A DNA stretch of 64,000 nt from Eledone cirrhosa (Eukaryota): contig OZ024741.1 in NCBI GenBank assembly GCA_964016885.1, positions 212,970,001 through 213,034,000 of the forward strand, in the 5' to 3' direction. Position 1 is the first letter of the stretch; the number at the start of each line of letters is the position of its first letter. This document shows positions 40,323 through 55,539 of the stretch, one piece after another. Below the pieces are notes generated by a model, which saw nothing but the letters and a program-made list of their open reading frames with translations, had not been told where the DNA came from and ran no database searches. Both the position numbers and the translations under genes were made by a program.

Positions 40323-40692
40323 TGACGAAAGTCGATCGATTTATAGTGTTTTAATATAATCAACACAATGAAATGTCTAGACAAATACAAACGTAGTGAA
40401 TATATTTGTTTTATGATGCATATATATATTAATTATTGTGTTACTCTTACCCACAGCTGTAAAATATATACACACACAATTGTCTGTGATATGACGGATA
40501 AAATTCTAGTATGTATTTGTTTCAAATTATTTAACCATGTTTAAACCATATTTCTAACAAAAGTAATTAGACTTTGTTTTTTAATTATCAACATAATATC
40601 AATAATTATGATAGGTTTAGTAAAATAACTAAAATTCAAATAAATTAGCATTTTTTATTGGCTTCAATTGATGAAAACAGTGGAAACAATAG

Positions 40693-40910
40693 TGGTTTCT
40701 TGTATAGGCACAAGGTCAGTAATTTTGGAGGAGGGAAAGTCGATTAAAATCGACACCAGTGCGTGACTGGTACTTTATTTTATCGATCCCGTAAGGATGA
40801 AAGGTAAAGTTAACCTCGGCGGGATTTGAACTCAGACCGTAAAGGGCCTTTACTCTATACAGAAAAGCATGGTGTCCAATTCACTACCGATACTGCCAAT
40901 TCACCGCCCT
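40693..40910 (-). mobile_element. SINE, Deu/Nin-like core family
   Basis: Matches the family consensus. Confidence 0.88.
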
Positions 40911-41117
40911 TATATTATATGTAATAATACAAAGAAAAATCATCACCAAAGCAGTTATTTCCATTTACCATCAATAAAATGTTAAAACGAGTGCTTAAAA
41001 AATTTCACTATATGCTTAACTTTCTATATTTTTCTCGTCTGATTATTTTTTCTTAGGTTCGGTTTTCCGTTTGTTTGCATAACACTAAAATAGTCATAGC
41101 GCCAACTATATTCTGAG

Positions 41118-41250
41118 TATTTTATCGACCCCGTAAGGATGAAATGCAAAGTTAACCGCGGCGGAATTTGAACTCAGATCATAAAGGGCCGTAACTCTAT
41201 GCTGCAAACCATGGCGTCCGACCCCCTATCGATACTGCCATCCACCTCCC
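41118..41250 (-). mobile_element. SINE, 3'-truncated
   Basis: Head and core only. Confidence 0.85.
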
Positions 41251-41817
41251 AACACTGGTAACAATAATAAGACTAAAATCAACCGAGAAGGAGAAGGGGC
41301 CACACCCCAAGTAAAGAAGCTGGTACATCAACAAGGGGAGCACTGTAGATGTTGCATTAACAATAATTGTAATAAACTAGCAGATGCACCATCCTTCGGT
41401 TGGTTTTCTGCTAGCATGTGTAATGTGCATATTGATATTATACGCAAATATATATGCATGTAGTTATGATATGTGAGATAAAATCGTAATTGACAATATC
41501 CACAGAAATTGAAGAGAGACTGTGTTATACTCTTTTATGTAATCAGTAAAGTAATCCATGATACATTTAAAAAAGACGATAGTATATATAAACTGTATTA
41601 GGAGAAAATTAACGACAGAAATATATGCGATATTTTTATAAGTGTTATAATATAACGGAGCTAACCGGAAGTAGTGACATTTGGACATTTTAAAGAAGTG
41701 AATCTTTAAATAAGCAATAAAATTATTTACATTTAATCAAGAATTACGAAATTTAGTACATAAATTATGTAATATTTATTCATTATTTATTCAAAGTAAT
41801 GAAAGAATATTACAATA

Positions 41818-41927
41818 TCAAATCCCGCCGAGGTTAACTTTGCCTTTCATCCTTACGAGGTCGATAAAATAAAGTACTAGTAATGCACTGGGTAATTTGC
41901 TGGCCTTGTGCCAAAAGTAGAAACAAT
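41818..41927 (+). mobile_element. SINE, 5'-truncated
   Basis: Core and tail only. Confidence 0.85.
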
Positions 41928-42043
41928 TATTTATTCAAAGTAATCCAACTTATTTTACAAACGGGATAACAAAATATATTCTGGGCGCAGCCCCGCCCTT
42001 CTTTCTTTATTAAAGTTAAGATAATCATGGTGACTTATCATAG

Positions 42044-42320
42044 TGGAAGTACGTGCTCTAGTAGTTAAGGTGTTGGACGTACGATCATGATCTTGTGGGT
42101 TCGATTCCTGGACTGGGTTATGTGTTTTGTTTTTGAGTAAACCACTTCATTTCACGTTCCTCCAGTATATGTAGCTGAAACTGTGTACCAGCAATAGATG
42201 GGAATTTATGCCTGTGATGGACTGGCGTTCTGTCCAGGAGGGAGTCTTGTAATCTCAGAAACCGGGGTAAGTACAGGCCTGGTGAGTCTCAAGGTTTTAG
42301 AGACAGACATTAGACTTTTC
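42044..42320 (+). mobile_element. tRNA/CORE-like SINE, family of 15197-15480
   Basis: Collinear with 15197-15480, including the agacttt tail. Confidence 0.85.
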
Positions 42321-43020
42321 ATTTGAAAGACTCGGATTAATTGTCTCTCGCTCATTAATCGGAGGCGGTGAATTTCGCACTATGTGCAAATGATCATAAC
42401 CAGCCGATGGTTCCTACGCAAAGATTATATAAGCTATTCTTCTTTCGGTATTGAATGATTAAATGTCATCGATGACGGATATTATCTGATATTCTCATTC
42501 GGCCATTGAGAGAGAGAACTGCGACATAAGCACAGCTTAAAATATTTATAGTGAGTCTCATATATGTTTATTATACATAACATGCTTTCGTACACACCCC
42601 TACTATATATATATATATATACAGATTATTTATTATTAAGATGTATAAACTTGACATAACTATTATCATCTTATATTCTCTCAACTAATCACATTTGATC
42701 ATATTTCTCTATCCCGTTTTCTCCCCCATAATTATAATATTTTTATTTTATTTGAAAAAAATCGAAAAAATCGTTTTTTTTTTTACATTGTGTTTTCCCC
42801 TCCAAATATTCGCTTATATTTTTTATATATTCTCTATATATTTTTTTACATATATATTTTTTTATCTTTATTATTTTTTTATCTTTATTATTTTTTTATC
42901 TTTATTATTTCCACTTTTATCCTCCTTTATATTTTACCTTATTCTTACTTTTATACCTTATTATAGTGTAATCTTCCCCATGCCTTATTATACATTATTA
43001 ATTATAGATTATAATTATAG

Positions 43021-43208
43021 AGGGCGGTGAATTGGCAGTATCGGTAGAGGGTTGGACGCCATGCTTTCTAGCATAGTTACGTCCCTTTACGGTCTGAGTT
43101 CAAATCCCACCGAGGTTAACTTTGCCTTTCATCCTTACGGGGTCGATAAAATAAAGTACCAGTAATGCACTGGGTAATTGCTGGCCTTGTGCCAAAAGTA
43201 GAAACAAT
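43021..43208 (+). mobile_element. full-length SINE (reference copy of the dominant family)
   Basis: A box-like tggcagtatcgg, B box gagttcaaatc, core gaggttaactttgcctttcatcc..ggggtcgataaaataaagtaccag and an AT-rich tail. Confidence 0.9.
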
Positions 43209-43548
43209 TAATTATAGATTATTATTATTACTCTTTTTCCATTTCTAATTACCTCATGTACTTTCTCCTCCGTTATATATATATATATATATTGTATGCC
43301 CTTTGTGTTTGGGTATCCTCTGCACACCCTCTGCACCATACTATCGACGCCACCCCATCTATGGTTCAGCTAACCACTCGCCTCCCGGGAATGAATATGA
43401 CCGCAGCTAGTAAACAAGGACCCACACCCCATCCTCCCGCACCAAAATTAGACTTATCGTCCCCTACTTTTGCTCTTTACTCTCTTTACTCTTTGTTCTT
43501 GAATGTTTGGTTGGTAGAGTACATAACACCAATCAAACCCCTTTTATA

Positions 43549-43593
43549 GCTCTGACGAATCCTACGGTTACGTAAGGAAGAAACATTGTAAGC
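43549..43593 (+). ncRNA. type I hammerhead ribozyme
   Basis: gct-CTGACGA-a-tcctacg-gtta-cgtaagga-a-GAAA-cattg-TA-agc, followed by AATAAA and then (TA)n. Confidence 0.78.
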
Positions 43594-43635
43594 CAATAAA
43601 CATCTTTTGATGTTGTAGATGCTCTTGTGTTCTTT

Positions 43636-43716
<81 letters not shown>

Positions 43717-43719
43717 ATG

Positions 43720-43814
<95 letters not shown>

Positions 43815-43818
<4 letters not shown>

Positions 43819-44015
43819 TTATCCCGGGTTCAATCGGGGGTAACCACAGTGAGTAAGGTACTCAATACTTAGCAGAGTATAAATATTTAATATACAAATG
43901 GGTTTTACAGGACTAGAACTGTCTCATTCGGGAGAAATTACGAGGAAAGCCCTTTCCGGATGATTTCTTCCGAATGAAACAGCTCTAGTCTTATAGAAGC
44001 CATTTCTAAATATTG
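43815..44015. mobile_element. hairpin element with ~70-bp unique flank
   Basis: aaatgggttttacaggactagaactgtctcattcgg...ggaaag is mirrored by ctttcc...ccgaatgaaacagctctagtcttatagaagccattt. Confidence 0.75.
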
Positions 44016-44080
44016 TATATATATATAGAGAGAGAGAGAGAGAATTCACAAGAATCAAAGCTATGTTCAAAGCATTTATT

Positions 44081-44127
44081 CACTTACAATTGTTTCATCC
44101 AAACCTTGGCTTGGTGTCTTCGGAGCA
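44081..44127 (-). ncRNA. hammerhead variant (CCGAAGA core)
   Basis: tgct-CCGAAGA-ca-ccaagcc-aa-ggtttgg-at-GAAA-caattg-TA-agtg. Confidence 0.65.
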
Positions 44128-45620
44128 TTTTTTTATGTTTGTACACATGATTGACATCCTTTCCAACGCAAGAGACATACAGATACATATGTATATCTTG
44201 ATGTACAGTGGAGTGACATATATTATATTATATTTCTGTATAGCAATTCAAATTCAAAATCAAAATCACATTAAAAGAAAATCAAAGCAAAATTAAAAAA
44301 CAATCGGCAGTTAACATAGATAATGCAAGCCGATAGTTTGTTAGTCAGATGTAGTAGTTATTTTAGTTATTTTATGCGTTAGTTACACGTGGCGCATGCA
44401 CGTGTGTCTCATTTATATATGATTATTGTGCGGCAGGGTGCTACATGTAATAGAAGCACTTAAAGCGGGTAAGTAAGAATATTATGGAGGTTGTAGTGGT
44501 AAGGTATTTTTTGTATATGATACAGAAGTATGCGTGCAGAAAAGTAGTATAAAGGAAAAGCAAAAGAAAGTTATGGTTTTTGTATCCACAACCATTTTCA
44601 CATTCAAGGAACGTAACATATAGTTTATACATCCTTCACATAATTAACTATGATTTCCCATTGGATGTTTGATGCATTAAATTAAATTATTTTAGCTTGC
44701 TGCGGCTCAGTGCTCTTTAATCCAATTTTATAGAGCAGGTTGTTTCTGTTGCGAGAATTTACATCGGTTTATTATCCGGAAGTATGTGTGTGATTAAGGG
44801 GAGTTAATGCGTAAGGGGAGGTAACTAGCTGATGTCTATAATTAAATTTATTATTCCAACATACATTATAAGGTGTCTCAATTGAGTCCCTTATATAGAC
44901 GGTTATATATTCAGTTTCCAATTTTAGGTATCCTATTTTTAATTACAGTCTACTCTATCATGAAGTACTACAGGTATCTATATTAGGATGATTACTCCCT
45001 ATCATAGAGTGCTACAACTGAATATTCCATACAAAGAGTCACATCTTTATATCAAAGATCTTTGGAAATGTAGTCTACTCACAGTACCTCTCAGGGGACC
45101 TATTAGTACTACGTCTATATAACCCCTGTAAGCTCTGGAGAAGCGTATGGCTTACTGCATGGCAAAGCTAAATACATCTCTAGCTCGGACCAAAAAGGAT
45201 CTCTCACTTACATTGTCACTAATCCATCCATCAAGTTATACATGCATATATAACTCACATATCACTCATACACAATTCATTGCACTCAATATATAGGTTA
45301 TACAGATCTCTTATGTTAATAAATAAATCTTATATATATCCAATGATAGCACTCCATACATAGGACTACATTTGCACAAATAATCAAATGTTAAAATCTG
45401 GTATTTAAAGTTTACATAGACTGTATTGTACCACTATATGTAATTGTAAGCAATTATACTAAAAGTAGGTGTACATGGGGATAGTTCTAGTGTATAAAGT
45501 TATAGATAGGTGGAACGATCTGTGTTAAGATAGGGTGGATCAGTGAGTGAGGAGTTGTGGTGTAAGGTGTGCCCCTGAGGTGTAGTGCTAGAAGTGGTGA
45601 TGGGTTCAAGTCTGACATTG

Positions 45621-47164
45621 CTAATTATTGGGTTCAAAGTTTTGGAAGGAGTGTCGGAAGCGGTGCTGGCACGACGCGAACACTCCGATTTTTTTATCAA
45701 GGAGGATAAGGTTTGAGAAGATTATAGTATGGGTCACTAGTAGACAGAGGTTACAAAATGTATTAGGTGGTTTGTACGATGTCGCCTTACCTATCACTTC
45801 CCATTTAAGTGTATAAGATCTATTTTTAGTTTTTAGATAGTGTATGTAGCTACATAGTGAAGTGGAGTTGGCTAGACTGTGTTTTTTGAAAGAATGGAGG
45901 TGCGAATTGTATCTGGTTTTGAAGCAGATTGAAGTAGAGCCTATATAGGTTTCAGAAGAGTTGCTAGTTATGACTAGCATATTTTATCTAAAGGGTATGT
46001 TCTATTAGATCTACAGTTACAATTATTTTGGATGTTAACCTGCCGGTTATTATGTTGTTGCATTATGTCTATGGGGGTTGTCGCTCTCAGCGTTATTGCT
46101 TACACTAGTGGTATTACTATTATTACTATTGATATCAGGGTTAGTAGATATATTGTTATTTTGAAGGTTTACCCCCTGTCGTGTTTTAGTTTTTTGGAAG
46201 TAAGTATTAATTTTTCTTTTATTGCTATTAGCTATGTGGTATGCTATGTTAGGCGTGGTAGAGTAGGAGATTTTAATTGTGTTTTTGTAAATAAGACTAT
46301 GGTACTTGTGGCCAGATGGGAAGTTTTTATCCAGGAGTGAGAAGAAAGCCTTAGGTAGGTTGGTAGAGACGTTTAAATTGAAAGGGGTGTTGAAAAAAAG
46401 TATTATATCTTCTTCTATTTTTGTTTTTTATGACTGGTGAGATGCTTCCGTTTATGGTATTATGGTGACTTCTGTGGTGTGGCTTAGGTTTGTTGCCATC
46501 CTTCGTATTAGAGTGTGTGTGGTTGTTATTCGTATTACTATTTTTCCTCATGGACATATTGTGCGAAATAATGTTGTAACTATGTGTTTTTGTAGGTAGG
46601 AACTCGATTTCCTTATTATGGCCTGATCTAGCTAATGCCTGATTATAATATTGCGAGTTTTTGCTAAATATGTTTTCGTCATAAGATAGATTAAAGATTC
46701 TTTTGGATATTCCCTTAGAGATAGAGTTTAATATTGATCTAGGGTGGTTAGACTTGGTATCTACGTAAATCAGTTTTTCGTTAGGTTTATGGAATGGTGT
46801 ATATATCCTAGAATCTAGTTAGCGAGTGGCATCTAGGAAGTTAACGTTTTAAGTGTTTTTGTCTATGGTGATACTTAGGTTATAGTTTTTGAAAGACTTG
46901 TGCAATAGTTTTCTAGTTCTTTCTATATTGAATTTTTTTATAGTCTATAAGGAGAAGTGCATCGTCGCGGTACAAACCACCGTTGAGATATGGAAGGTCC
47001 TTATGGATTTCGTTTAGTAAATATAGGCCCACCAAATCAGTGACCTGCGCCGAGTCACTAGACCCCATGGTTATGTCGAAGTTGTTTTGCGTATCCTTAC
47101 GGGTCCATAACTGGTCTTCAAAAGTGATTACGGTTTTACGGGCCGCAAGTATGACATCAATCAA
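45621..47164 (-). pseudogene. PLE reverse transcriptase (C-terminal half), linker and GIY-YIG; disrupted
   Basis: FDITMGSSDSAQVTDLVGLYLL, GLYRDD, HKPNEKLIYVDTKSNHP, CNCR, YIGST..FKTRYNSH, CNLC, CQH. Confidence 0.88.
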
Positions 47165-48865
47165 TAAAAACTAAAAATAGATATTATACACTTAAATGGC
47201 GACATCGTACAAACCACCTAATACATTTTGTAACCTCTGTCTACTAGTGACCCATACTATAATCTTCTCAAATCATAACTTCCTTAATAAAAAATCGGAG
47301 TGTTTGAGTCGTGCCAGCACCTCTTCCGACACTCCTTCCAAAACTTTAAACCCAATATATAGCAATGTCAGGCTTGAACCCATCACTACTTCTAGCACTA
47401 CACCTCAGGGGCACACCTTACACCACAACTCCACACTCACTGATCCACCCTATCTTAACACAGATCGTTCCACCTATCTATAACTTTATACACTAGAAAT
47501 ATCCCCATGTACACCTACTTTTAGTATAATTACTTACAATTACATATAATTATATAGTGGTACAATACAGTCTATGTAAACTTTAAATACCAAATTCGAC
47601 AATGGATTATTTGTGCAAATGTATTCCTATGTATTGAGTGCTATCATTGGATATATATAAGATTTATTTATTAACATAAGAGATCTGTATAACCTATATG
47701 TTGAGTGCAATGAATTGTGCATGAGTGATATGTGAGTTATATATATGCATGTATAACTTGATGGATGGATTAGTGACAATGTAAGTGAGAGATTGTTTTT
47801 GGTCCGCCCTAGAGATGTATATAGCTTTGCCATGCAGTAAAACATACGATGCCCCAGAGCTTACCAGGGGTTATATAGACGTAGTTCTAATAGGTCCCCT
47901 GACAGGTACTGTGAGTAGACTACATTTCCAAAGATCTTTGATATAAAGATGTGACTCTTTGTATGGAATATTCAGTTGTAGCACTCTATGATAGGGAGTA
48001 ATCATCCTAATATAGATACCTTTAGTACTTCGTGATAGAGTAGACTGTAATTCAAAATAGGATACCTAAAATTGGAAACTGAATATATAACCGTCTATAT
48101 AAGGGACTCAATTGAGACACCTTATAATGTATGTTGGAATAATAAATTTAGTTATAGAAATCAGCTAGTTACCTCCCCTTACGCATTAACTCCCCTTAAT
48201 CAAACACATTCTTCCGGGTAATAAACCGATGTAAATTCTCGCAACAGAAACAACCTGCTCTATAAAATTAGATTAAAGAACACTGAGCCGCAGCAAGCTA
48301 AAATAATTTAATTTAATGCATCAAACATCCAATGCGAAATCATCGTTAATTATGTGAAGGATGTATAAACTATATATTACGTTTCTTGAATGTGAAAATG
48401 GTTGTGGATACAAAACCCATAACTTTCTTTTGCTTCTCCTTTATACTACTTTTCTGCACGCATACTTCTGTATCATATACAAAAAATACCTTACCACTAC
48501 AACCTCAATAACACTCTTACTTACCCGCTTTAAGTGCTTCTATTACATGTAGCACCCTGCCGCACAATAATCATATATAAATGAGACATACATGCATGCG
48601 CCACGTGTAACTAACACATAAAATAACTAAAATAACTACTACATCTGACTAACAAACTATCCTCTTGCATTATCTATGTTAACTGCCGATTGTATTTTAA
48701 TTTTGCTTTGATTTTGTTTTAATGTGATTTTGATTTTGAATTTGAATTGCTATACAGAAATATAATATAATATATACCACTCCACTGTACATCAATATAT
48801 ACATATGTATCTGTATGTCTGTTGCGTTGGAAAGGAGGTCAATCATGTGTACAAACATTGAAAAA

Positions 48866-48912
48866 TGATCCGAAGACACCAAGCCTAGGTTTGGAAGAAA
48901 CAATTGTAAGTG
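48866..48912 (+). ncRNA. hammerhead variant (CCGAAGA core) in the inverted arm
   Basis: tgat-CCGAAGA-caccaagcctaggtttggaa-GAAA-caattg-TA-agtg; stem I has a mismatch. Confidence 0.55.
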
Positions 48913-49108
48913 AATAAATGCTTTGAACATAGCTTTGATTCTTGTGAATTCTATATAACTGCTCTGTAGAAAAACTGATGTTATTACATTGAGCTATTTA
49001 TCTTACTGGTAATAAGGTAGTAATAAATTACTGACCTTCACTGTTTAGGGTTTAAAATGTGTATAACTATAAAAAGTATTAGAATATACATAACCATAAA
49101 TAGTATCC

Positions 49109-49990
<882 letters not shown>

Positions 49991-50082
49991 TCATATATAT
50001 ATATATATATGTATATATATTACAAGAGATGTCAACATGAATGGACCTGTTATTTTTATCTAAAAACATTTTTCCAATTATA

Positions 50083-50222
50083 ACCCGCCCGTCCCCTCAA
50101 TCTATCTTATTTCTCATTCTTTCTTCTGATCAAGTTAAGACCCTCATCCTGCTATATCAAGCATTAACATAATATATCCCTTCCATACCGATTGTGTTGT
50201 TATTTCAGTTTACCTTTTACAT
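50083..50222 (+). mobile_element. copy of the 13110-13270 element with the hammerhead core deleted
   Basis: ttctttcttctgat-caa-gttaagaccctc; flanks are collinear with 13113-13270. Confidence 0.8.
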
Positions 50223-50395
50223 ATATATATATATATATATTAAACTTTAATCTGTTATTTTAATAAATATTTGCTCTACGGTTCTTATATATTTGATATA
50301 TATTTATCCTTATCGAGCACTCTTTGGATTTTAGTCTTCAAATTTATTATTATTACTATTATTATTATTATTATTATTATTAATATATATATATA

Positions 50396-50501
<106 letters not shown>

Positions 50502-51094
50502 CGTGCGTGTGTGTGTGTGTCTGTCTGTCTATATTTCTAAGATGTGTTCACAGTTAATTCTTACGGTCGACATTTTCTAAGTATCTCAACTCAGTCGACG
50601 CTCCGTGGTTTATTTACAAACGTTACCTTTAAATAGGTTATACTGTATATAGTTTCTATTTAAACGGTAAATATCGTCAGGCGTCGTTTACCTCAACGTA
50701 CCAGAACACTCTGAAGGAATTTGAGAGGTACAGATTTCGATTCAGTGTAACGTCTGATTGTAACTTCTTCCGTATATACGGGATTTTCTCAGGTGTGTAC
50801 TCAGTCATTTCTTCCATTCAAGATAATCAATATAATTTTCTAACCACACATTTCTATATATGTGTGTGATTATATAGAATATATATATATATATATATTT
50901 CTCTTTTCTTCCCTTTTCCCTTCTGTTATACTATATTACCCCCCCCCCCCCTCCTTTGTTTTCCCAATAACTTACCTAGTTATTGAACGCACCGGGGTTA
51001 GATATCTTATCTTTATTGCGTAGAAATATCCGAGATCCCCAGCAGACAACTGGTGAAGAAAACTCTCCCGTTCATGCTTTCTTCTTATTTTTAA

Positions 51095-51134
<40 letters not shown>

Positions 51135-51467
51135 CAATACATATATTGGGTCATCAAGTATGAACTTTGTATAAATTCGTAGAAAAAAAAACAAATTTCT
51201 ACAAATGCCATACGTGACGACCTAATATATATATGTATAAAATCATTCTTATATACGTATATGTGAGCGTATAAAGAAAAATATAGAAACAGGAGAAATG
51301 TATTTAAAATATGTAATTGAAAATGTTTGCCAAGCAAATCTTGAGTAAGGCAATAAATAGTACTGAAATAAATAGAATTACGAGGAGAAATAGAAAATAG
51401 CAAAGTAACCATGGGCTTTATCATATTTATATAAATCATGTATGAACTATTTCAGTGCATATAATGT

Positions 51468-51501
<34 letters not shown>

Positions 51502-51525
51502 GTGTGTGTGTGTATGTATATATCA

Positions 51526-51610
<85 letters not shown>

Positions 51611-51678
51611 GAGTATATCTAAGTATGTTACATATGAATCTATAAAATATGTCTTTGAATGAAAGTTATTTATAAACG

Positions 51679-51737
<59 letters not shown>

Positions 51738-51841
51738 ATATATATATATAATGCATATGATTATACATATGATGTATATACCTATTTATACAACTATACA
51801 TCTATACATAAAATATGTCTGTGTGTAATATATGTATGTGT

Positions 51842-51922
<81 letters not shown>

Positions 51923-52418
51923 TATGAACCTGTGTGTACGTCTTGAGGAGTTAGTTATTCTTCAAACAGAAATCCGCACTACATTTAGACTTGAAACCGA
52001 AATGAGAGTGAAATTTTGCAATGACAAATACATAGGCAGAAAATATTTCACTGGGATGAAAAGCAAAATAAAAAAAAAGCCTCTTACTACTAAGCAGTTA
52101 AAAGGGAAACGTTGATCTAAGTGTACTCATACATTTAGCTACACAGAAGAAAAAAAATAACAGTCCCATAGATACACACGTATGTGTACAAGTGTCTATA
52201 TATAATGTGTATGTGAGTGAGTCAGTGTTTCTGCCTGTGTGGAGTGCACAGCTCTGCACATACATAGTTTTAATATTTTATTTAAAAGGAGAACAGAAAG
52301 ATAAGCATAAATATGAAGTGGATAGAGAAGATAAGAGAAAATGAACATTGAAAATAATTTTCACCAAAATAACAATCCCAACATTATTAATATAACGTAT
52401 AATGTTATTATTATTATT

Positions 52419-52592
52419 GGGCGGTGGATTGGCAGTCGGACGCAATGCTTTGACGCAAAGAGTTACGGCCCTTTATGGTCTGAGTTCAAATACCGCCGAG
52501 GTTAACTTTGCCTTTCATCCTTACGGGGGTCGATGAAATAAAGTACCAGTAATGCACTGGGATAATTGCTGGCCTTGTGCCAAAAGTAGAAA
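52419..52592 (+). mobile_element. SINE, Deu/Nin-like core family
   Basis: Matches the family consensus, with a small 5' deletion. Confidence 0.88.
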
Positions 52593-52659
52593 TAATTATT
52601 ACCATAATCATAATCATCATCATTATCATCATCATTATTATTATTGTTTTTATTATTTC

Positions 52660-53423
52660 CCCCCAGCTCGTCTCCTTGGCGGAGCTGCAGTCCTGGATCA
52701 GAAAAAGACCGAAGAATAGCACTCGGAAGCTGGAATGTCTCCAGGCGCTCACCGCCCTCTACCAGCTGGGCACTAGTATCGGTGTAACATCCACTTCGGC
52801 GTTATATAGAGGGCTAGTAGAGGGAAAGGGCGACGATGTTCTCGGGGAGACACTGGGCGTCGAAGACGATCAGCTGTTTGCTCTCTTCAAGAGAACTTTC
52901 AGACCGGGGCCTATGGATAATTTCCAGAAATCCACGGCCACCCTGACCACCAGGGCAAGCGACCTCTCTCACTTTTCCCACTCCTCAGTCTACAGGCGTA
53001 TACTCAGAGCGTATACTCGCCACTTTCACCCACCTTTTATAAACTTACTAGAAGACACCCTGGTTTTCCTCTTCAAGTGAAACTTGAAAAAGTTAATCAG
53101 GGATTGGCCGGAGAGGAAAGTGTCCGTCTTCAACCTTTTCAACCTTGTCCACCACACAATCTCTTTCGCCATGCCCACCAGTCAGATGAAAACTGCCTGC
53201 CCTTCCTCCTCTTTAAAGGAGGATGGCGGGGCTATCTGCACAATGGAATCAGTCGATAACCGGATCTGTCCTACACGCGACAGCAGCTGTACGACATAGC
53301 AATCCTCGGGCACTGAACGAGTGCGTGCAGGACGGTTTCGTCGCCCTGCGCGCATCTCGGACAGGCTCGGTTGACAGCATCTCCGTGCCTGTAGAGCTTA
53401 TCCCGACCCGGAAACGCTCCCCG

Positions 53424-53471
<48 letters not shown>

Positions 53472-53645
53472 GCAATAGGATTTAGCTTCAAGCATAGCTG
53501 TATAAGGGGGAAGCTTCCGAGGGTCACTCATGGCGAAGACCACACAAAAGACCACGGCCACCCTGACAACCAGGGTAAGCGCCCTCTCCCAGCTTTGCCA
53601 CTCATCAGTCTACAGGCGCATACTCAGAGTGGCCCATTCACTCGA
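52660..53645. mobile_element. rearranged fragments of the Tx1-like copy-2 subfamily
   Basis: 52660-52931 (+) encodes PQLVSL...MDNFQKS. 52932-53423 (-) encodes the following C-terminus and 3' UTR. 53540-53645 (-) is another 3' stub. Confidence 0.85.
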
Positions 53646-54145
53646 CATATCAAACCCCAGACTACCATTTGCCTCCATCATGGATCAACTAAGCACTCTT
53701 GCCATAATACATTTTGAACTGCTTATCTTTAAGAACTATGCCTGTAAATAATATTATTTTTTATTTCCCATTACCCTATTATGTTCCACTTTAACCCCCC
53801 TTGTTTTTTTCTTTTCACTTCAAAACCCTTGTTTGTAAATAACATTATTCTTTCTTCACCATTTCTTTAACATGTTCAACATCACCATTTTACACCAATA
53901 CATATTGCCCCCTTTTGATAATACATAAAATGCTGAAACCGGCAATAGACAATTATTAAATATATAAATAAATAAATAAATAAATGCCACTGTTAATTAA
54001 TAAATAAATTAACTAATACCTCAACATTTCACACAAAATAAAATATTTTGCTTTAAACATTTTCTAACCCAGAAAAAAGAGAAAAAAATAAAAAGGAAAA
54101 AAATATATTTTTCTTCCTAATAATCGTCTTTTTCTCCCTGTTTTC

Positions 54146-54189
<44 letters not shown>

Positions 54190-54207
54190 ATATATATATA
54201 TATATAT

Positions 54208-55050
54208 CTAAGGCGGGTAAAATTCCCGAGATCCATGGACGAGTTCTCTCCAGCGGTCTCTCTCCCTCATTATCGCTGCCATGTACTGCGTCTCCAACAG
54301 ACCAGTGTCTGTCCTTAGGGCATCAACATATGTTAACCTTGGTCTTCCACTTCTAGTGTGTCCATGTAGGGGCTCCCAAAGGAGCACTGAGTGCAATGTC
54401 AACTCTGGATGTCGGTGAGCATGTCCAGCTAACCTCAGTCTCCACTGTGTCACTTTTGAACTGACTTTTGGGATGCTCCCATACAGCTCTGAGTTTTTCA
54501 TCCTCAGTGTATACTGATTAATGTTCAGAGCCATCCTCAGCTTTCTCGTGTAGCACCCATCCACCATCTGAGTGAGTTTATTGGTCAGTGTCCAAGTCTC
54601 AGACCCATACAGCAGCACAGACTCCACTACAGCAATGAAGAGGCGGATTTTCAGGTCTCTACGAAGATTCGACTTCCACACCGATCTCAAGCTGTGGCAC
54701 ACCGCCCAGGCCTTGCTCTTCCTCTCAACCACATCATCTTCCGTATTCCCAATCTTTGCTCCCAAATACAGGAAACCCTCAACCAATTCTAGCGGCGTCC
54801 CGCCTACATTAGTGATCCCCTCTGCCTTCTCAATATTCTCTACCAGATATTTTGTTTTAGTCTCATTCATTCTCAGCCCCACACTCATCGACACAGTCTC
54901 AACCTCTCGCATCAAATCCTCTGCCTCCTTCACTGTATTTGTCACCAAAACTATGTCGTCGACAAATTCAGCATCCGATACCTTTTTCGTTCTAACTCTC
55001 CTGCTCTGAGCCGCTGCTACAGTAAAGCCAGAGTCCTGGTGTTTCTCCAG
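54208..55050 (-). mobile_element. 5'-truncated RTE-clade LINE (RT C-terminal half)
   Basis: EFVDDIVL, GLRMNETKT, FLYLG, VESVLLYGSETW, RLRLAGH, GRPRLTY. Confidence 0.9.
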
Positions 55051-55089
55051 TAGTTATCTTCGTAGTGGACTATAGCCTTGCACTGGAGA

Positions 55090-55177
<88 letters not shown>

Positions 55178-55401
55178 TAATATATATATATATTCATATA
55201 TATATATATATATAAATATATATATATTTATATTTATATACACACACACATATATATATAATAGAAATAGGATTTAGCTTCAAGCATAGCTGTATACAGA
55301 TATGTATAGAAATTTCGCGATGCATTACAGGTAAACATACCGTATTTCTTTATAAATACGAAATTTCTAAACCTATATATATATATATATATATGTGGCT
55401 T

Positions 55402-55477
<76 letters not shown>

Positions 55478-55539
55478 TATGTGGGTTTGTGTGTGTATAT
55501 ATATATATATATTATTAGAAATTGAGTTTTTTTTTACAA

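Larger units (their letters stand above)
44041..48952. mobile_element. Naiad-type Penelope-like element with inverted 1.8-kb pLTR/3' duplication
   Basis: Arms 44041-45835 and 47165-48952 are reverse complements with scattered differences. The spacer holds RT and linker sequence. Confidence 0.9.
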
